A stretch of 64,000 bases of DNA, taken from assembly GCF_006345805.1 (NCBI RefSeq), contig NC_043002.1, positions 82,150,001 through 82,214,000 of the forward strand, written 5' to 3'. Each line of letters begins with the position of its first letter. Positions within the stretch are counted from its first letter, which is position 1. The notes under the pieces were generated by a model, which saw only the letters and a list, made by a program, of their open reading frames with translations, did no database searches and had not been told where the DNA came from. The DNA is from Octopus sinensis (Eukaryota). The position numbers were made by a program, and so were the translations under genes. Shown one piece after another: positions 63,324-64,000 of this stretch.

Positions 63324-63518
63324 CCCTTTTCTTACCATATTTTTGTTGAGATGCTCTATGTTTCTTTCAATTAATTTTAAATATAACAAAGAAGCTAAGT
63401 GTTAGGAACATAAATTGTGACTAAGGTTTGGTGGGAGATGTTAATTCAGAACTTACGTAAACAAGACATTTGTATTACAGAGCCAGAGGCGGTTTCAGGC
63501 AGTTTGGTATCAAAAAGG
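63324..63518 (-). mobile_element. piggyBac-like MITE family C with internal deletion
   Basis: TTAA|CCCTTTTCTTACC ... GGTATCAAAAAGG|TTAA. Confidence 0.85.
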
Positions 63519-64000
63519 TTAAATCAACAAAATTTAGTATTAGTTGGTATTTTATCAATCAAAAAGTATTGATCAGCAAATTCAGCCCTGGTGGGAATTG
63601 AAATCAAAACTTAATTATAGCCAGGCTTAGTTATCTATGCCTATTCATTATTAGCCAGCAAGGGAGCCCCTAAATGGCCCCTTGGTCTAATAAGAATAGC
63701 AGTCAGTGTTTTAGGAAACATTTGATAATGTAGTCCACTGTGTGAAGAAAGAAAAAAAAAAAACAATGACAGGATGGTCATAGTTGGAACATCTTTGATC
63801 TTAGATCTGTTTACCTGAGCTGGCCTGGATTTTATTATTGGTTATGAGGATGATGAGGAGTCTTTCTTATATTGGCAGCGGAACATGAAAGGAATGGTAG
63901 TATTGTTGATTACAGACACACACACAAAAGAAAAGAAAGAAAAGAAGAAAAAAAAAAGCAATGGCAGAAAACCCTGTTATCATACCTATTTCTTTATTAC

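Noticed and set aside
60037-64000. HMG-box exon (KKPLNAFM...)
   Set aside because: Searched by eye and not found; presumably beyond the window

Overview
AT-rich, microsatellite- and SINE-dense animal genomic DNA. The repeat landscape looks like an octopus or other coleoid cephalopod; this is inferred from recall, not from a search. The window lies inside one + strand gene, a TCF/LEF (pangolin) Wnt-effector transcription factor. Three phase-compatible coding exons (37923-38043, 48668-48758, 59830-60036) splice to GGKMSMVQPPLASLMMYNNDYSQPPPAHMGIPPVHIDPKT-G-LPRPPMYGYPAPPGQFPHPIYGPDFPQVQ-W-QRPPGYPISSGAFSGPYPPSLINTSPLTRFGPPSLLPPPGLPHPGIPHPAIVTAGPKQEVMSHSQDNH(R), the central region between the beta-catenin-binding domain and the HMG box. 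Neither flanking domain was found in the window. The rest is intron: dozens of tRNA-derived SINEs (here families A and B, plus minor families D, E and F; labels are mine), TTAA-flanked piggyBac-like MITEs, one non-autonomous Helitron, a 28 x 67 bp minisatellite and other tandem arrays. The best candidate for something undescribed is a hidden cassette 62 nt upstream of the second exon. It has one strong donor and two acceptors, and could act as an in-frame 12-nt microexon (+ELSN) or as a 31-nt exon mutually exclusive with the 91-nt exon. Other leads are a candidate intronic promoter with nearby TCF-site clusters (possible N-truncated TCF isoform and autoregulation) and several readable transposon-history events. 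Repeat boundaries are read by eye and approximate. Apart from three ORF calls that overlap these exons (37761-38138 in frame; 48603-48785 and 59824-60021 in a shifted frame), the supplied ORFs look like low-complexity or repeat artefacts.
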